NCBI GenBank assembly: GCA_963720465.1
Contig: OY970393.1
Location: 1,216,001 to 1,280,000, forward strand
Origin: Methanobacteriota archaeon
GTDB lineage: Archaea; Halobacteriota; Bog-38; Methanoflorentales; Methanoflorentaceae
Reading direction: 5' to 3'
Length of the DNA stretch: 64,000 nucleotides
Shown here: positions 30,924-42,360 of the stretch, piece after piece
Layout of the letters: every line of letters starts with the position of its first letter
Position numbering within the stretch: the first letter of the stretch is position 1
Notes under the pieces: model-generated
What the model was told of the DNA's origin: nothing
The model's database searches: none
Seen by the model: the letters and a program-made list of their open reading frames with translations, nothing else
Translations under genes and position numbers: made by a program

Positions 30924-31141
30924 GACAGCGGACCATAAAACGGCTAAGGCCGGATTCCGCACGACGAAAGCCGCGACGCTGTTCGCGGCAAGGCGTAAGT
31001 GGCATTGAGGCTTTTTTTGATCGCTACGACACCCTAAATTTCACACCTAGAAAGACTTAAGCTCTTTCGCTTACAGAATCGATTTAAGAACGTCGTACTT
31101 TTCATCGTGACGCTCCGGCAACCGAGCGTCGTACCAAACTC

Positions 31142-31594
31142 GTGTCAAACATACTGCAACTCGCCCTCGCGTTCATCTACGTGCTCGTCGTGCCGGGATT
31201 TGCCGTGTCGCTGGCGGCATTCCCCAGGTTCAACCAGCTGGAGATCACCGAGCGACTCGCGCTGTCGATCGGGCTAAGTCTCACGATCGTCATCACCTTC
31301 GGACTGGTTATTGGTTATGTCCCATCTCTCGTCGCCGCAACAGGCGGCATCACGGCGTACTCGCTGTTCTTCGGCATCGGCCTGATAACCGTATTTTTCC
31401 TGGTCATTTGGATGCTGAGACGGGCGAATCTGGCAGTTATCGACAGGCGTGAAGCGGCCCGACCCGAACGCGAGATGGTATTAGACGCTCGCACTGCCAA
31501 GCCTGTGCGCCCTCAGGACACAACACAAGCAGCGGCCAGACCGCGAGAAGCTGCGCCGCGCGGCGCTACGCGACGACGACCGCCGCAGACGTAA
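31142..31594 (+). CDS. DUF1616-domain archaeal membrane protein
   Basis: PGFA.S.A.FP...L...ERLALSIGLS motif. Confidence 0.8.
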   Translation: MSNILQLALAFIYVLVVPGFAVSLAAFPRFNQLEITERLALSIGLSLTIVITFGLVIGYVPSLVAATGGITAYSLFFGIGLITVFFLVIWMLRRANLAVIDRREAARPEREMVLDARTAKPVRPQDTTQAAARPREAAPRGATRRRPPQT

Positions 31595-31877
31595 GGAGTC
31601 AGGACCCAGCGCGGCGCTGAGCTGTAATAGCTGCTGACCGAAGCAACGGTCGACGAATGCGCGCTGCGACGGAACACCGCTTCTCATCATAGATGCACAA
31701 TCCGACCCTAGAACGTCTAGCTTATCCTCCTTTTAGTGCGTCTGCTGATGGTGTTCAAGAGATCTGATTGTCGCCGTTCATCAGCTTTTTCAGGACAGCG
31801 GCTTTATATCGTCCAAGTCATCTTCTATTGGCCTTGAACGAGGCCTCATCCGTATGAAAAGGAGGTTCGAGATAGAA

Positions 31878-32009
31878 ATGGACTATGAAAAGGAAATGAA
31901 TGACTTGAAAGAACGCGTCTCCAAGCTCGAGCATCGTTTGGACGACTTACGATCAGAGGTGAAAACGCTGTATAACCAGATGGAGCGCGATAGCGCCGGC
32001 CTGCGATGA
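31878..32009 (+). CDS. Small coiled-coil protein (43 aa)
   Basis: TTTATAT at 31803, GGAGGT upstream; MDYEKEMNDLKERVSKLEHRLDDLRSEVKTLYNQMERDSAGLR shows a heptad pattern. Confidence 0.65.
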   Translation: MDYEKEMNDLKERVSKLEHRLDDLRSEVKTLYNQMERDSAGLR

Positions 32010-32168
32010 TGCTGCGGCTCGTTACACGCTAAGGGCCGATCAACGGTCATGCCTCTGCGCCGGCTATCCGATCTATGCAGCGCTCAGCGGAAGCTACTTT
32101 TGCGTTCACGACACACCTGTGATTTAGCCACGACGAAAACACGGCTATTTTTACGTCTTTGACGTGCG

Positions 32169-32646
32169 TCACCGGTTGAGTAGGTAGACCTACGCGTTCA
32201 AGGCGGTGGCGATGGTCACCCAAACGATGTGCGGCACGAGCAGGTACAAGGCCCGCCGGTCCACCTTGTAGAACTGATAGATGGTGGTAGCGATCAGTAT
32301 CCATAGCGGCACGATGGTGAGTAGGCCGTACAGTATGTTCTGCAGCCCGAAAAAGCCTAACGTCAAGATGACGTTGACGATGAGCTGTGCAGTGAAGAGA
32401 GCGATCCCGATGTCTCGTGTGCGATTTCGAGGCGATCGCCGTATGAGGAACAACGCCAGTCCCATCAAAAATATAGAGAATCGTCCAGACAGGCCCAAAA
32501 ACCGCATTCGGCGGATTGAACCAGGGCTTGTTGAGCGCAGCGTACCACGTTGAGATGGAGTTGATCGTAAAAACTGACGACCCCAAACCCGCTACCAAAG
32601 GCACCGCGACGGAGACGATCAGTTTAATGATGTCGATACGTTTCAT
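32169..32646 (-). pseudogene. tspO: TspO/MBR sensory protein; homopolymer frameshift near 32468 plus in-frame TAG at 32190
   Basis: WYAALNKPWFNPPNAVFGPVWTILY|LMG...LLVPH.VWV..ATALNA*VYLLNR. Confidence 0.88.
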
Positions 32647-32848
32647 CGACCGTATTGGCATTGCCTTCTATAGAGCGGTTTGTGACTTGTTGTCTGCACT
32701 GTCAGCGCCTCGCGAACTGCCTATGCGACAAGTATATTGAGCCGGACTCCAATTATATGAGAAGAGCGAAAAAGCACGGCATTTACCACAGAGCGGGAGT
32801 CATAGTTTCTTTATGCGCCCGGATCAACCTGTATCGAGGGGGTGGCCC

Positions 32849-32956
32849 ATGGAAGAGAAAAAGGAAGAGTACTACAAAGGGAAAGAAGTAAAAGGCAAAC
32901 TAGAAAAAAAGAAAGAAGAGTATTACAAGGGCAAGGAAGTCAAAGGCGAAAAATAG
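32849..32956 (+). CDS. 35-aa Lys/Glu-rich tandem-repeat micro-protein
   Basis: GGGGGTG SD; MEEKKEEYYKGKEVKGKLEKKKEEYYKGKEVKGEK; the repeat copies differ at synonymous sites. Confidence 0.7.
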   Translation: MEEKKEEYYKGKEVKGKLEKKKEEYYKGKEVKGEK

Positions 32957-33148
32957 CCTTCCACCTCGGTGAAACGGCCTACGATCGGGGCGGAACGCCC
33001 GCGGTGCAGCGTGCACCAAACTAATCCCCGTTCAAAAAATTTAGAAGGCATGGAGCACCTTCGGACGAGCTGAAACCGGACTTTTTTTAAAGCCGCGCGT
33101 GACAGTATACGAAGCTTTTTATGGAAATGATCCGTGAAGGGATAACGC

Positions 33149-33637
33149 ATGAAGACCTTGATCGCGTACGATACGAAATACGGGACGACCACGACGATCG
33201 CCCGCTGGTTGTGTGAGGCCATCGCAGGTGACTGCGTTATCGCGAAAGTAGCGGACGTTACGAGCTTGGATTACGACCTCATTGTAGTCGGAGCACCGAT
33301 CTACACTGACGAACCACTTTCGAGCGTCACACAGTTCTTGCACGATCACCGCGAAGTGCTGAGTCGGAAAAACGTAGCGCTCTTCTTCGTGTACGACAAG
33401 CTTCTCACGACCAAGAGCGAGACGTACGTTGAAGAGCTCCGCGAGTACGCACCACCCGGTGTCCTCGCGGTGGGAATCTTTGGCGGCTATTTCGACATAA
33501 ATGTCCTCTCGGAGCACGATCGGCACACCATGGAGGACTTTTTTGGACGGCTCGGGAAGCGATACGACGTTGTGGACAGTCGGAACAAGGACGAAGTCGC
33601 GCGGTTTGGCACGCTATTGCGAGACACGATAGGGTAA
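33149..33637 (+). CDS. Flavodoxin-domain protein (HemG/Flavodoxin_5-like)
   Basis: IAYDTKYGTT, YDLIVVGAPIY, FGG. Confidence 0.85.
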   Translation: MKTLIAYDTKYGTTTTIARWLCEAIAGDCVIAKVADVTSLDYDLIVVGAPIYTDEPLSSVTQFLHDHREVLSRKNVALFFVYDKLLTTKSETYVEELREYAPPGVLAVGIFGGYFDINVLSEHDRHTMEDFFGRLGKRYDVVDSRNKDEVARFGTLLRDTIG

Positions 33638-33779
33638 GCGACGCAAGGGCCCATTCGGCTGGCCAGCTCAGCGTAACCAGCCGAACCGCTTTCGACACCC
33701 AACTAAACACGAGAGGACACAACCAGCGAACAGAACGACCGAGCATCTGCGTCCTGCATCGCGTTGCGCACGACGTCGT

Positions 33780-34005
33780 TGACGATTTGTCTAGCTCGGC
33801 TCTGATCCCGACGACTTGCAGGCTCGTCGTCAAACGAGTACGTGCTGAGCAACGCGACCAGCCCCGTGCTGCGAACGAAACCCACATGACGCTCCTCGCT
33901 ATTTGGCCGGCAACGCCTAAAATAGAGAAGATTCCTGCACCAATCATGGCGCCGATGCCGATAGAGATGGCCGACCACAACCCAATTGGTTTCTTATCGC
34001 TGACC
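33780..34005 (-). pseudogene. N-terminal fragment of APC-family amino acid permease
   Basis: KPIGLWSAISIGIGAMIGAGIFSILG...SF|GLVALLSTYSF, then homology is lost. Confidence 0.75.
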
Positions 34006-34292
34006 GCTTTTCCCCGATAAAAAACGAGTGACTTTGCTTCTTGTCTTAGGTGATTGCCAACTACTATTTATGAACGACGCCGCTTCGCGCACGGTTCGTC
34101 TGGCAACGACCCGGGAGCAAGACGGGGCGACCTCGAAAAGCCCATCACGCACCAAACAAAGCGCCTCGCCAGTGCCGAGCCACTCAAACAGTAGTCTTTA
34201 TCGCAGACTCCCGCCCGGATATTAGTTGCACCTAAAAAGGCCGAGCAGCACTTAGAAACCTAGCTCAGGGAAAAGAGGGCGTAGCTCCCATT

Positions 34293-34736
34293 TCAAAAAC
34301 GGATTCGCTCAAGGGCTGATTCGCGCCCACTGTCTACAGAGGTCCAGAACGTCGCCTCGCCGTTTTGGATCCGGAATATGGCCTGATCGTCGGCGTGAGG
34401 ACGCAGGAACGGTCGCTCTGCTAAAAGGCGCTCCTTGAGGTTCGGGTCGTCAAGAAAAACCACGTCGCCTGACGCTCGCATCATCGTTCCGATGTCCGTT
34501 GAACCCTCTTGGCCAAGCGGGCCTCGAGGCGGGGCATAAAAGCACACCTCAGCCCTCCGATTTGCCGTAAGCTCTTGAAATATCTTTTTCGTCTTCACCG
34601 TAGAGAAATAGAAGCCTCGTGTATCCGCGAACCACATCCCGAGCATCCGCACGCGTGGCTGCTCACGATCACACGTGGCGACTGAACAGATCATGTGCTG
34701 ATTAGCAAAGCGCACGCAGTATTCAAAATTCGCCAT
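34293..34736 (-). CDS. Pyridoxamine 5'-phosphate oxidase-like FMN-binding protein
   Basis: VAT...QPRVR, GFYFST.K.K..F.EL..N..EVCF. Confidence 0.85.
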   Translation of the reverse strand: MANFEYCVRFANQHMICSVATCDREQPRVRMLGMWFADTRGFYFSTVKTKKIFQELTANRRAEVCFYAPPRGPLGQEGSTDIGTMMRASGDVVFLDDPNLKERLLAERPFLRPHADDQAIFRIQNGEATFWTSVDSGRESALERIRF

Positions 34737-34895
34737 AGCATTAACCTTCGCTTTAGTTGTCGTATTAGAGGAAAGGACTTGTTGAAGGCGTGACGTACCC
34801 TCGAAGCGCTCGCACTGTTTCGAAAACAGCTGGCAGGCTCATGTCCCCGCTCACGCGCGCGAGATCCGACCCGGCGTTTGAGCAAAGTAGCGCAC

Positions 34896-35434
34896 TCATT
34901 CGTTCACCTTCCAGTACACTCGGTGATCAGTAATGTCGTACGCAACTTTATAAGTGCTGACCAGTCCACTCAAGTGACCTTTTATAGTCGTGACGGAGAG
35001 CCAATACTGGGCTAGGTTGTCCTGTACGTTAAGCTCTTTGAGCGCAGCGTGGATGAGCTCTTCTGTTGATCGGGCACGCTCCAAAAATCGCAGTATCATA
35101 GCGTCAATCTCAACAAGCCGCTCTAGGTGAAGCTCGATCTGGGCGTCACTCTCGTCTTTTGACATGGCCTGGCTATGGCTCGGAACGAGCCAGTCAAACG
35201 TGGCGTTCTCTATTGCGCTGAGCGAGCGTCGCGTGAGCTCAACGTCTATTGAGTAGGGGAGCTTGTGCCGTTCCCAGACCGCTTTCGGGTACAGTGCATC
35301 TCCCGCAAAGAGTACCCGTCGCACAGATACCCCGTGTGCTCCATCGTGTGACCCGGCAAGAGCAACGGATCAATCTTTCCTTCGAAAGGATAGTCTTCGG
35401 TATAGTGATCGACCGTGCACGCGCGCCTAATCAC
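34896..35434 (-). pseudogene. C-terminal part of metallo-beta-lactamase-fold hydrolase (truncated, frameshifted)
   Basis: LPGHT.EH.GY|..VLFAGDALY, VPSH; the N-terminal HxHxDH region is absent. Confidence 0.75.
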
Positions 35435-35462
35435 GATCTCCGTTAGGTCTTTGCTCCGCGTA

Positions 35463-36239
35463 TTAGTCGTTGAATCTCCTGTACAGCCCGTTTGCTATAA
35501 GCTGGAAGATCAGGATGAAGACGACGAGCATCGCGATGTCAATAAGGGGGTTGAACGTCGTTTTACCGTTGTAACCGCCCTGGATAAGGTCGTTCGCGTA
35601 CGTGAGCGGTGAAATATATGCGATCATCTGCCCGACGGCGGGCAGTGTCGCGATAGGGATGAAGACGCCGGATATGAATATGAGGGGAAACCTGACGACG
35701 TTCACCATAGAAATGATATCCCCTGGACTCTCGGTCGGATATGCCGCAAAAAGGGTCCCCATCGTCGCAAAGCAGAGTGAACTGAGGAGGATCCCCACCA
35801 GAATGGGGATTATGCTCGCGATGGGCGTTGCCAAGATAAGCAGCGCCGCGACAAACACCACAAGCGCGATAACAACGCTATAGAGAAGACCGCTGAGGCT
35901 CTCGCCCAACACCAACGCGTTTAGGGAGATGGGTGCGGAGAGGAGCCGGTCAAACGTAGCCGTCCTCCGTTCGATCGGGATCGATACCGGCTCTATGGAT
36001 GATGCAGAGAAGAGGGTCGTGATGCCAACGAGCCCCGGGATCAGAGCAGTGGCGGTTCCAAGTTTCCCTGCCGTAAAGGCGAGGAACATAAAAAGAGGAA
36101 AAAGCACTCCGCCGACGATGGTCCCTGGCCTGAGATAATAGATGAAGACATCTTTTTTCGCAATCGCCCACGCGGCAACGAGCTCGCGGGAAAGGCGGTC
36201 TTGAATCCCCATAAGGCTAATCGATGGCAGTAACCCCAC
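35463..36239 (-). CDS. ABC-2 type transporter permease
   Basis: 6 TM; ERR..TFDRLL.AP, FISGVF.P, SPLTYA. Confidence 0.9.
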   Translation of the reverse strand: MGLLPSISLMGIQDRLSRELVAAWAIAKKDVFIYYLRPGTIVGGVLFPLFMFLAFTAGKLGTATALIPGLVGITTLFSASSIEPVSIPIERRTATFDRLLSAPISLNALVLGESLSGLLYSVVIALVVFVAALLILATPIASIIPILVGILLSSLCFATMGTLFAAYPTESPGDIISMVNVVRFPLIFISGVFIPIATLPAVGQMIAYISPLTYANDLIQGGYNGKTTFNPLIDIAMLVVFILIFQLIANGLYRRFND

Positions 36240-37173
36240 CTCCTGAGCGCTGCAGCCCGGTCAACTTGACAAAGACGTCTTCAAGGCTCGGACCGAGGGT
36301 TGTGATGCTCAGCACCCGTGTGTTGTGTGTATGAGCGTATGCCATCACGCCGTCAATGACCGCAGACGGATCCTCGGTGTAGAGCTTAAACTTGTCGCCT
36401 TCCTTGCGTCCCTCGTTCACCGTGGGGAGCTGACGGAGCTCATCAAGCCGCGTCGGAGAGCTGCTGTCAAAGGAGACCTCGATCGACTGGACGCTCTGAA
36501 TCGTCTTTTTCAGCCGTTCGGGCGCGTCGATGGCGGCGATGACTCCCTTGTCAATGATCGCCACCCGGTCACAGAGGACGTTTGCCTCCTCGATGTTGTG
36601 TGTCGTTAAGAAGACGGTGACCCCTTCCTTGATGAGGTCGCTGATCATGTCGCGGATGATGAGGTTGCTCTCGACATCGAGCCCGGAGGTGGGCTCATCA
36701 AGAAAGAGCAGGCGCGGGCTGTTGACCAGGCCCATGGCGATGGTCAGCCGCCGCTGCATTCCCTTCGAGTACCCGTGCACGTCATCACGCCGCCGTTCAT
36801 AGAGCTCAAAGCGCTTCAGAAGCTCGGTAGCGTTCTTATCCCGCTCGCTTCTGCCAATTCGATAGAGCTGCGCGGCAAGCATCATGTTCTGCCACCCCGT
36901 CAAGTCAGTGTATACGTTGGAGGTCTCGGAGACGATGCCCATGGATTGCCGTGCGGCAACGGTCTCGTGCACGATATCGTGGCCGAAGATCTTTGCCACT
37001 CCCGAGGTCGGCGATGAGATCCCGGTGAGCATGCGGATCGTGGTCGTCTTACCGGCGCCGTTAGGGCCCAAAAACCCGAAGGTCTCCCCGGCCGCCACCG
37101 AAAAACTAATATCGTTGACGGCAGTGGCGGCGCCGAATTTCTTGACCAGATGAGAGACTTCAATCGCCTGCAT
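36217..37173 (-). CDS. ABC transporter ATP-binding protein (DrrA-like)
   Basis: GPNGAGKTT, YSKGM, LFLDEPT, TTH. Confidence 0.93.
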   Translation of the reverse strand: MQAIEVSHLVKKFGAATAVNDISFSVAAGETFGFLGPNGAGKTTTIRMLTGISSPTSGVAKIFGHDIVHETVAARQSMGIVSETSNVYTDLTGWQNMMLAAQLYRIGRSERDKNATELLKRFELYERRRDDVHGYSKGMQRRLTIAMGLVNSPRLLFLDEPTSGLDVESNLIIRDMISDLIKEGVTVFLTTHNIEEANVLCDRVAIIDKGVIAAIDAPERLKKTIQSVQSIEVSFDSSSPTRLDELRQLPTVNEGRKEGDKFKLYTEDPSAVIDGVMAYAHTHNTRVLSITTLGPSLEDVFVKLTGLQRSGGGVTAID

Positions 37174-37520
37174 CAGTTTTCACATTGAGTTCGCGGGACT
37201 ACTATTTTAAGTTCGCCCTTATGAACATAGATCCGTCGACGCATCGACCAGCTGCTCGCGTCTAGCAGCCCTTGCTTCGCCGAGCTGGGCGTCACAATCG
37301 GATACGCAGGGGACCTGCAGGACATCCCCGAACGCAGGATGGGTGTGCGCCCCCACCGCGGCGCTCGATGCCCGCTGAGACGGCGAAATGATGACGTGCG
37401 AAGCGTAAGGGCTCGCATCGCCGGCATCGCTATGACATGTTTTAACAGCAATCGAACAAGAAATTTGGACGAACGGAGCGGGCGAGATGTTTATATCTTG
37501 AAGTGCTCGTTATTTTCACT

Positions 37521-38387
37521 ATGTATCCCAGAAGCTTCGACTATTTTGCACCAAAAAGCCTCGGCGAAGCTTTGGAGCTTCTTGGAGGGAACCCGGAGGT
37601 CAAAGTACTGGCAGGCGGCCAGAGCCTGGTACCCTCACTGAAATTGAGGGTGCTCTCACCAGAAGCTCTGGTGGATATCACCGGCATCAAAGACCTGTGC
37701 TACGTTCGTCACGAGGGGCAGGTCCTTGCAATTGGCGCGTTGACCACCGTCGCGGCCGTAGCAAACGACCGAACGGTCGCATCGTCACTGCCGGTTTTGC
37801 ATGAAGCCGCAGAGCAGATCGCTGACCCGCTGGTGCGGAACCGCGGAACGATCGGCGGCAATCTGTGCAACGCAGACCCGATAAACGACCTGCCAGCGGT
37901 AATGCTGGCCCTCAACGCGTCGATGGTGGCGATGAGCAGACGTGGAACCAGAAGAATTGACGCGGATTCGTTCTTCGTGGGCGCAGGTCACACCGCTCTG
38001 TCCCCTGAAGAGATCCTTACCCAAGTCGAGATCCCGGTGCAGGCCGGATTCGGGAGTGCCTATCGCAAAGTAAGGAAGGGTTCAGGCGGTTTCTCTATTG
38101 CCGGAGTGGCATCGTGTCTTTCGGTTGCTGGTGAGGGCACCATCGCCCGATGCAGGATCGCAATGACCGCGGTGGGTCCGAGTGTCCTGAGGGCGGAGAA
38201 CGCCGAACGCGCCCTTCTGGGGGAAGTCCCATCGGATTCGGTGCTGGATCGCGTAGCGGGGTTGGCCGTGGAAGCGTCGCAACCGTCTAGCGATCTCACC
38301 GCCTCAAAGGAATATCGGCGTAGAGCATTACATAAGCTCGTGAAAGAAGCGGTAGGGGCCTCGTACGACGGGGCAATCGTGCACTGA
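37521..38387 (+). CDS. Xanthine dehydrogenase/CoxM family FAD-binding subunit
   Basis: [17 protein letters not shown]; TTTATAT box about 30 nt upstream. Confidence 0.92.
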   Translation: MYPRSFDYFAPKSLGEALELLGGNPEVKVLAGGQSLVPSLKLRVLSPEALVDITGIKDLCYVRHEGQVLAIGALTTVAAVANDRTVASSLPVLHEAAEQIADPLVRNRGTIGGNLCNADPINDLPAVMLALNASMVAMSRRGTRRIDADSFFVGAGHTALSPEEILTQVEIPVQAGFGSAYRKVRKGSGGFSIAGVASCLSVAGEGTIARCRIAMTAVGPSVLRAENAERALLGEVPSDSVLDRVAGLAVEASQPSSDLTASKEYRRRALHKLVKEAVGASYDGAIVH

Positions 38388-38394
38388 GGAACGC

Positions 38395-38871
38395 ATGAGA
38401 ACAAGGTTTACGGTGAATGGCGAAAACGTCGAGATGGACGTGGAGCCACGAAGGCTGCTTGTAAGCGTCCTCAGAGAGGAATTAGGACTTACTGGGACGC
38501 ACATCGGCTGTGATACGACGAACTGCGGTGCGTGCACGGTTTTGGTGGATGGTACCGCGATCAAATCGTGCACGATGCTGGCGGTCCAGGCAGACGGCAC
38601 AGAGATACTGACCATTGAAGGGTTAGCCGAAGAGGGGGCGCTCCATCCCGTGCAAAAAGCTTTTGTAGAGAAGCACGGGCTCCAATGTGGTTTTTGCACG
38701 CCGGGAATGGTCATGACGTCCTACTGGCTTCTCAGCCAGAACAAGGACTGGGACGAAGAGGAGATAAAGAAACAGCTCTCCGGAAACCTGTGTAGATGCA
38801 CGGGCTATCGCAACATTATCGAGTCTCTCAAGCGCGCCAAAGAGCTCATGAGGGAGGAGGCAATCCGATGA
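38395..38871 (+). CDS. CoxS-type [2Fe-2S] subunit
   Basis: [27 protein letters not shown]. Confidence 0.95.
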   Translation: MRTRFTVNGENVEMDVEPRRLLVSVLREELGLTGTHIGCDTTNCGACTVLVDGTAIKSCTMLAVQADGTEILTIEGLAEEGALHPVQKAFVEKHGLQCGFCTPGMVMTSYWLLSQNKDWDEEEIKKQLSGNLCRCTGYRNIIESLKRAKELMREEAIR

Positions 38872-40889
38872 GCGCGCCCGAGTTATTAGTCAAAGGGGCA
38901 GGGAAATATGTGGACGACATCACGCTGCCACGCACGCTTCACATGGCGGTTGCAAGGAGCCCCTACGCAAGGGCGAACGTGCTCTCGGTCAAGGGGGGCA
39001 TGAACGCTGGCGACCTGCACACACTTGTCGGGGGGTTCGGAGAGGGCGCTCGCGGGGATACGAACCCGGCCGTCTTGCACCCCGTGTTTGCATCAGACAC
39101 CGTGAACTACGTAGGCCAACCTGTCGCCGCGGTGTTTGCGGGAGATCGTTACGCCGCTGAAGACAAGCTCGACGAAATCGACGTTGAATATGAACCGCGG
39201 GAGCCCATCACCACGATAGGAGGAGCTCTTTCGGCCGCCCCACTCCACGCAGGCACCCGGTCAAACGTCATACAGCAGTCGTGGGTCGGAGCTGATTTTG
39301 ATGACCCGCCGTCCCCTGTGGTGCTGGAAGAAGCGTTTACGATCGACAGGATAACAAACAATCCGCTCGAACCGCGGGGGATCATCGCCGATTATGACGG
39401 GGCTCGACTAACCGTGTACATCTCCACCCAAGCGGTGTTTAGCATAAAGCGTGGGCTGTGCAACACCCTCAAGCTGGAAAGCTCGAACGTGAGGGTGGTT
39501 CAAGCAGACACAGGGGGGGCGTTCGGGGTGAAAAGCGCACTGTATCCTGAGTACGTGATGGCGGCGTACGCGACCATGACATACCGGAGACCCGTGAAGT
39601 GGATTGAGAGCCGTAGCGAGCACCTCGCCGCAAGTCAGCCGGGCAGGGGGGTGCACGGCAAGATGAAACTGTTCGCCAGCACCGACGGCAGAGTGGAGGC
39701 GTTGCGCGCCGAAGTGACCACAGACGCGGGCGCCTTTGGAGGGACGGCAGGCACGTTTTCTCCCTTTTTCATAGCGATGCAGCTGACCGGGCCCTATGGC
39801 ATAGAGAGGGCTCGCGTGCGAGCGACGTCCGTCATGACCAATAAGCCCCCCCAAGGTCCCTATCGAGGCGCAGGGAGACCTGAGGCCGCATTCTTCATGG
39901 AAAGGATGATGGACGCGCTTGCCGATGAGGTCGGAAAGGGGGCAGACGAAGTACGCCTCGTCAATACCACGACACAGCCCTTCACCTCCCCACTCGGCCT
40001 CAAGATTGACGCATCGCGTCCTTTCTTCACGAGAGCGGTGGCTGAGCTCAAGTACAGGGAAAAATCGCAGAGCGACAAGGCCGGGCTGAGCTTCTTCGTG
40101 CTCGTGCCCGCCGTACCACCAGGAGAGTCCGCGAGGATACGCGTGCAAAACGGCACGATAGACGTGTGGTTAGGCAGCAACCAGCACGGTCAGGCACACA
40201 CTGCCTTTGTGAAGCGATTGCTGAGCGAAGAGCTCGGCGTCGCTCCCGACGTGATCGCTCTGAATACCGGAGACAGCGACATGCTCAAAAACGGCGTAGG
40301 GACGTGGGGAAGCCGGAGCGCCATCGTCGGCGGCGCTGCCGTGGTCGCCGCGGCACGAAACGTGAAGACGCAAGTAGAGCGCAGGCGCGGAGCCTACACC
40401 GCGGAAGCGCTACTCGACGGCAGCTATGACGCCGAGGTCTTTGATAAGCATTCAGGACAGGTAAACTCGTTTGGCGCAAACCTCGCAACAATACGTATCG
40501 ACAAGTTCGGTATGGTGACCGTAACGGAGTGCGCCGCGCACTATGACGTCGGCAGGGCGCTCACCCCCGGAGTGGTCGAGGGGCAGATCGTCGGCGGGTC
40601 CGTGCAGGGCATTGGCCAGGTGCTGTACGAGGGGGTGGTGCACGATGCGGAGGGCAGACTGCTCACGAAGGACCTCTTCGACGCGGGCCTGCCGATCGCC
40701 GAGAACATCCCAGAATTTTCTATCACCATCGTCGAACAGCCGTCGTCGTACCTGCACAGAGCTAAGGGCGTTGGCGAGGCGCCGACGATCGGCGTGCCTC
40801 CCGCCGTCGTGCGGGCTATCGAGAACGTGTCGGGCGTTAGGATACGACATACCCCCATCAGCCCTGAGGAACTCATCGCAGACGCATAG
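38868..40889 (+). CDS. Xanthine dehydrogenase/CoxL family molybdopterin-binding subunit (not form I CODH)
   Basis: GGAFG.K, active-site loop PYRGAGR (not AYXCSFR), GQ..GG..QGIG, AKGVGE. Confidence 0.9.
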   Translation: MSAPELLVKGAGKYVDDITLPRTLHMAVARSPYARANVLSVKGGMNAGDLHTLVGGFGEGARGDTNPAVLHPVFASDTVNYVGQPVAAVFAGDRYAAEDKLDEIDVEYEPREPITTIGGALSAAPLHAGTRSNVIQQSWVGADFDDPPSPVVLEEAFTIDRITNNPLEPRGIIADYDGARLTVYISTQAVFSIKRGLCNTLKLESSNVRVVQADTGGAFGVKSALYPEYVMAAYATMTYRRPVKWIESRSEHLAASQPGRGVHGKMKLFASTDGRVEALRAEVTTDAGAFGGTAGTFSPFFIAMQLTGPYGIERARVRATSVMTNKPPQGPYRGAGRPEAAFFMERMMDALADEVGKGADEVRLVNTTTQPFTSPLGLKIDASRPFFTRAVAELKYREKSQSDKAGLSFFVLVPAVPPGESARIRVQNGTIDVWLGSNQHGQAHTAFVKRLLSEELGVAPDVIALNTGDSDMLKNGVGTWGSRSAIVGGAAVVAAARNVKTQVERRRGAYTAEALLDGSYDAEVFDKHSGQVNSFGANLATIRIDKFGMVTVTECAAHYDVGRALTPGVVEGQIVGGSVQGIGQVLYEGVVHDAEGRLLTKDLFDAGLPIAENIPEFSITIVEQPSSYLHRAKGVGEAPTIGVPPAVVRAIENVSGVRIRHTPISPEELIADA

Positions 40890-40953
40890 TGTGCGTTTGT
40901 ACGAAAAGAAGACAGGCGCAGGTGCAAAAGCCGCTTCAGGTGGAGCGAATGCA

Positions 40954-41781
40954 ATGACCTCAGACGTGGACATTCTGACTGAAGCGCGACGGCTATTGAA
41001 GAAGGGGACGCGGCTTGCCTTGTGCACGGTCATCGAGAAAAAGGGTTCGGGGCCGAGGGAGGTGGGGGCGAAAATGATCGTCCGAGAAGGTGGAGCGACC
41101 TACGGGACGATCGGTGGCGGGGCCCTCGAAAAAGCGCTTGTCGATCAGTGTATACGAGCCTTGGAAGAACATACAGGGCGAACGGTTACATTCAACATGA
41201 CCAGCGATCGGAAACTGAGGATGATTGAAACGGGCCTGATGTGCGGCGGTCAGATGACAGTATTTGTTGACACCGTTGAACCGGATCCGCGGCTGATCAT
41301 CGTCGGATCGGGCCACGTCGCATTGCCTTTGGCACGGTTGGCCGAAATCGTGGGGTTCGGAATAATCATCATCGATGATGATGCTGAGCGAGCCACAGAA
41401 GAGCGCTTTCCGACGGCCGAACGCGTCATCACCGGCGATTTCGCCAGCGCGGTGGGTGACCTTGAGGTATACCCCACTGACTTCGTCGTCATTGTTCATG
41501 GAGAACCCGAACACGATTACATCGCGTTAAAGACCATGGTAGCCAAGAAACCTACCTACATCGGCCTCCTCGGCAGCAGGACAAAAGTTGCACACCTGGT
41601 GCGACGGCTTCAAACGGACGGCATCGGCGCGGGGGAGCTCACAATGCTGCACGCGCCGGTGGGTGTGGCCATAGGTGCTCAGACGCCTGAGGAGATCGGG
41701 ATCAGCATACTCGCTGAAGTCATCCGGCACAAGAGAGCGCATCGTCAAGCACGCAAAGCTTCACGGGCCGCGGTTCATTAG
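40954..41781 (+). CDS. xdhC: XdhC/CoxF Moco insertion chaperone
   Basis: GS.PRE.GAKM, GTIGGG.LE, CGG, YIGLLGS, IGAQTPEEI. Confidence 0.9.
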   Translation: MTSDVDILTEARRLLKKGTRLALCTVIEKKGSGPREVGAKMIVREGGATYGTIGGGALEKALVDQCIRALEEHTGRTVTFNMTSDRKLRMIETGLMCGGQMTVFVDTVEPDPRLIIVGSGHVALPLARLAEIVGFGIIIIDDDAERATEERFPTAERVITGDFASAVGDLEVYPTDFVVIVHGEPEHDYIALKTMVAKKPTYIGLLGSRTKVAHLVRRLQTDGIGAGELTMLHAPVGVAIGAQTPEEIGISILAEVIRHKRAHRQARKASRAAVH

Positions 41782-42360
41782 GGTTCGAATGCGGGCATAA
41801 TCCTCAGGCGTATCTATGTCCATGATGGTCCATTCCGGTGCCTCGACGGTGAGCAGTCTGGCCGCGTGCCGATGAATGACGTCTCGGATGGTTTCATTTT
41901 CGTCCAAACCTAATATTTCGGCGAAGAGCTCTCTGCGAAAGAGCACTGGATGCCCCTTCTTTCCTTCACATATCGGGCTCACGATAAGTGTTTCGCGATT
42001 GTCCGCCAACTGGTGCACCATGACGTTCAGCAGGTTTTTGTCGAGAATGGGTTGGTCTCCGAGAACGAGGAATGCGGCGTCAACATAACGCAGCAGCTGC
42101 AGCCCCTTTTGAAAAGATGACGCCATCCCTCCCTTATGGTCCCGGTTTATCACTATCTGCACCGTGTTCCTCGGCGTCAAAACGTCGATCATTTTCTCAG
42201 GCTTATGTCCCAATACCACCACGGTTTCGTGTATGTCAGCAGCTGCTATCGCGTTCAAGACGTGATCTATTAAGGTGTTATCGTTCAGGCGCAAGAGGAG
42301 CTTATTTTGCCCCATGCGTTCAGACCTGCCAGCTGCCAAGACGATTGCCGCCGTCATCAT
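41761..42360 (-). CDS. mocA: Molybdenum cofactor cytidylyltransferase (MocA-like)
   Basis: LAAGRSERMG.NKLLL, LGDQP, GHPVLF, DIDTPEDY. Confidence 0.85.
   Translation of the reverse strand: MMTAAIVLAAGRSERMGQNKLLLRLNDNTLIDHVLNAIAAADIHETVVVLGHKPEKMIDVLTPRNTVQIVINRDHKGGMASSFQKGLQLLRYVDAAFLVLGDQPILDKNLLNVMVHQLADNRETLIVSPICEGKKGHPVLFRRELFAEILGLDENETIRDVIHRHAARLLTVEAPEWTIMDIDTPEDYARIRTLMNRGP

Noticed and set aside
38868-40889. Aerobic CO dehydrogenase (form I CoxL)
   Set aside because: The active-site loop is PYRGAGR and lacks the Cu-binding Cys of AYXCSFR.
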